Origin: Diplonema japonicum
Lineage: Eukaryota; Protista; Euglenozoa: Diplonemea
Direction of reading: 5' to 3'
Assembly (NCBI GenBank): GCA_964019335.1
Contig: OZ025720.1
Coordinates: forward strand, 1 to 64,000
Length of the DNA stretch: 64,000 nucleotides
This document shows positions 62,027-64,000 of this stretch, piece after piece. The position numbers were made by a program, and so were the translations under genes. A model generated the notes under the pieces. The model did not search any database, was not told the DNA's origin, and was given only the letters and a program-made list of their open reading frames with translations. Within the stretch, counting starts at the first letter, position 1. The number at the start of each line of letters is the position of its first letter.

Positions 62027-63442
62027 TCACTCTGAGGAGCTATCATCGTTCTCCAACATTTTCTGTTCGGCACAACCCAGCGTAGGCCTTACATTGAGGT
62101 CCCGCTTTGCCAAGGTACGACGCTCTTTGGCGTCAATGATGACCACGTGCATCCTCCTGCCCCGTTCCTGTTTTTTTTTTTTTTTTTTTTTTTTTTTTTC
62201 CCCTTCAAATACCTTGTGCATTCTCGTGTACAATTTTGCGAACAAAGCCCGCCTTGCCATCTCCCAAGTATTGTCGATGAAGAAGTAAATTGTTTGGTCC
62301 GCCCCGTCCTCGCCCTCTTCAATCATGACATGCTTCAGGTTCAAGGGCTCGGCGAACCTCTCAGCAAGCTTCAAATGCAGCCTCTCTGCACGCATCAACG
62401 CATCAACATCCTGCACCTCCCGTTGCATATTCACATCCTTCCACGACCAATGCCCTTTATGATTCTTCTCAAGCCACGCTGCGACTGCCTTACGCGTCTT
62501 GGGAATGGGGTTGGTGTTCACAGCAGGGGACACAATATGTTCGGAAAGCACGTTGATGGGTTCCGCGGCGGATAAAACATTTTCATCGACAAGCTGCGCG
62601 GCGTATTTTTTGTTCGCTTCGAACGCCGACATAAGCATCACCTTGGATATACCAACATAGGCTTCTTCTGTGGTAGCTGATTGAAGTGTTTTTGCGTAGA
62701 GTTTTATGCCGTCTTCGTAATTGGCTGTCCGGCAAAGTTGTATAGTTGTGAAGGGAACAGCGTGCGCGAGAAGCTCCTTCAAATCGTATTTAATGAGCTG
62801 CCGACCGGTTTGGTGAACACTGTCACTTGAGCATTTCATGAGCTCGTTGACTGCTGGGATCATTTCTTCCTCCTCGCCGCGCATATGTTCTTCGTACTGG
62901 TGGACCATGGTGTGGAGTTGCTTGAGGGTCGTTTCGTCGACTCCGAAGGACTTTAGCTTCTGTACTAGTAGCTGTCGTTTGTTAACTGCTTCTAAGTGAG
63001 AGTCGTCGTGGGTTGTGATCGCCTTCACGTTCTTCTTAAGGTACGGGAAGAATACGTCATCTTCATGTTTCGTGTGTAGGTCGATGAGCCGCGAGGTTTG
63101 TTCAAACAGTTTAACACCCTCTACAACTGTTCGTGTGTGGGCGAGAAGTTCCAATGCCTTGCTCATTCCCGCCTTGATGGCGCGGTGTGTTAGGATCATG
63201 AAGTCCACCGGTGCCATGTGCAGGCCAGCAGTCGATGTTACTAGCGGTTGCGGGTTCTCGCCGAGGTATGCTTCCTTCGTGACGGCCCAGTTCCGTATCT
63301 CCTTCAAGGCTTCCAATGGGTTGTCGCCCACCTGCATCGTGTTCAGATGCTGCCTCAGCTGGTCTAGTAGTACATCCGTCACGCTCTTGTCATCCTTCTC
63401 GCGTGTCTGCGAAGCAGATTTGCTTCGTTTTTTCATCTGCAT
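62027..63442 (-). CDS. Hemerythrin-like (HHE cation-binding) domain protein; 1 poly-A intron (62168-62212)
   Basis: H..HTKHED..FFP..H..HMRGEEE..P metal-ligand spacing. The poly-Lys stretch in the ORF track is an in-frame GTATTT..CAG intron. Confidence 0.8.
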   Translation of the reverse strand: MQMKKRSKSASQTREKDDKSVTDVLLDQLRQHLNTMQVGDNPLEALKEIRNWAVTKEAYLGENPQPLVTSTAGLHMAPVDFMILTHRAIKAGMSKALELLAHTRTVVEGVKLFEQTSRLIDLHTKHEDDVFFPYLKKNVKAITTHDDSHLEAVNKRQLLVQKLKSFGVDETTLKQLHTMVHQYEEHMRGEEEEMIPAVNELMKCSSDSVHQTGRQLIKYDLKELLAHAVPFTTIQLCRTANYEDGIKLYAKTLQSATTEEAYVGISKVMLMSAFEANKKYAAQLVDENVLSAAEPINVLSEHIVSPAVNTNPIPKTRKAVAAWLEKNHKGHWSWKDVNMQREVQDVDALMRAERLHLKLAERFAEPLNLKHVMIEEGEDGADQTIYFFIDNTWEMARRALFAKLYTRMHKVFEGEKKKKKKKKKQERGRRMHVVIIDAKERRTLAKRDLNVRPTLGCAEQKMLENDDSSSE

Positions 63443-64000
63443 TCTTTTTTTTTTCTTCCTTTTTTCTTTTTATGGTGGGCAAAGCGACCACTCCCCCCTT
63501 GTGATGGATGGTGATACACAGGCGAACGAGAATAATAATAACAGTAAATAACGGGGGGAATACCCGAGATGAAAACTGTCATAAGACACCACGCCATACA
63601 GCGAATGAAGTATGAATGTTGAAAGAAGGGGGAAGGGGGAGAGGAGGGGAGGCAAGGGGAGGGTAATGCACAGTGACAAGGTTGTACAAATAATCAGAAG
63701 GGGGGAAGAAGAAGAAGAAAAAAAAAACGATCTTCCCACGACCACTAACATATTCGCTTTCTCTAGCCCATTACAAAATTCGCACTGAATTTAAATAATG
63801 ATAGGATATAAGTGCTATGGAAGGAAAAAAAAATAAAAATAAAAACAGAGGAATGCATTGGGACCAGTTAGTTAGTGACAATCAGCAGGGAAGGGGGAGG
63901 GAGGGAGGGCCTCAAACTCAACATAATCTTCCTTGAAAGCAGTAGGGAAAAAAAAAAACTTAAAAAGTAACGTTGCGTATCACGGACTCATAGATTCTTT

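Noticed and set aside
3746-63551. Numerous plus-strand ORFs in the track
   Set aside because: They are antisense shadows of minus-strand genes (Ser/Cys/Phe-rich) or low-complexity poly-K/F frames with no recognisable motifs.

Overview
This is eukaryotic nuclear DNA that looks like a chromosome end; a euglenozoan, probably a diplonemid-type flagellate, is my inference from genome organisation and is not proven. Positions 1-1909 are a (GCGGGTTT)n array in the opposite polarity to a normal left telomere, followed by a decayed protein-kinase fragment. About 25 genes follow, all on the minus strand and transcribed toward the array. Many are only about 40-90 nt apart with a short AG acceptor (often pyrimidine-rich) just upstream of the ATG, consistent with a polycistronic, trans-spliced gene cluster. 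The fragmented ORF track is explained by 51 tiny GT-AG introns located by hand (31-42 nt, plus outliers of 45 and 51 nt; donor GTATG in 43 of 51). Removing them restores continuous frames for: a class I aminotransferase, SURF1, a ~3,230-aa LamG/SPRY/Tudor-like/HECT E3 ligase, a tweety/prominin-like protein, an ECHDC1-like crotonase, an SH3b-domain protein, DNAAF5, a ~3,230-aa coiled-coil protein, a U-box ligase, TMEM67, a Costars-villin headpiece fusion, an EF-hand protein, a RING protein and a hemerythrin-domain protein. Intronless genes include a membrane-anchored bacterial-type ATP-grasp ligase, a BRCT protein, an AIG1/FAR-17a hydrolase and two microproteins. A 482-bp CAC...GTG inverted-repeat element (MITE) lies in a homopolymer-rich zone at 51-56 kb. 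All gene models and domain calls are by eye; no searches were run.
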